Shown one piece after another: positions 63,637 through 64,000 of a stretch of DNA of 64,000 nt. Numbering within the stretch: position 1 is the first letter of the stretch; each line of letters begins with the position of its first letter. Below the pieces are notes generated by a model, which was not told where the DNA came from, searched no databases, and saw only the letters and a program-made list of their open reading frames with translations. Source of the DNA: Octopus bimaculoides (lineage: Eukaryota); the NCBI RefSeq assembly GCF_001194135.2, contig NC_068982.1, positions 75,625,534-75,689,533 on the forward strand. The letters run 5' to 3'. Both the position numbers and the translations under genes were made by a program.

Positions 63637-64000
63637 TTCACCTAACTTTTTACCAATATGTAAATGAACTGTAAGCTTAATATAATCATCATCATCTGCA
63701 CCATACCCAATACCACTATCGTGTCAGTGTCTGCTTTTCCATGCTTGCATGCATTAGGTGGAATTTGTTGAAGCAGATTTTCTACACCCAAATACTTTTA
63801 TAGTCTTCAGCCTTCAGCTGTTTCCAAGCAAGATAATATTTCTCCATGACCAGACATGCTTCCACAGAAAATTGGAAATGAACACCACCACTTGTATGAC
63901 AGTAATGCTTGTTTACAACTACAATGTGATGTCAAGACAAGGGTACACACACACACACACACATATATGCAAATGGGCTTCTTCCAATTTACATCAACCA

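Overview
AT-rich, repeat-dense animal genomic DNA. From the SINE families and microsatellite load I infer a coleoid cephalopod, most likely Octopus; this is recognition from memory, not a search result. The whole window lies inside one minus-strand gene for a citron Rho-interacting kinase (CIT/sticky)-like AGC kinase. I assembled 13 coding exons by hand (63244 down to 1109, 1773 nt, 591 codons). All 12 introns are GT-AG and every junction is phase-consistent. The exons cover the kinase activation loop and C-lobe, the AGC C-tail and the first part of the coiled-coil rod; the gene continues beyond both window edges. The 1.1-10 kb introns hold three different decayed mariner elements (one full length, one nested in a hAT element), hAT- and piggyBac-type MITEs, several RTE LINE remnants with a PHD-like finger inside the RT, an R4/Dong-like RLE LINE, several tRNA-derived SINE families, a 151-bp foldback and many microsatellites. 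There are five N gaps. I found no rRNA, true tRNA gene or CRISPR array and no convincing wholly new gene system. The best leads are a CxxCH motif on a skippable rod exon with a competing frameshifting donor, a near-perfect intronic foldback, microsatellite-targeted SINE stacking, and a modular SINE family. Repeat boundaries are approximate unless TIRs or TSDs are quoted.
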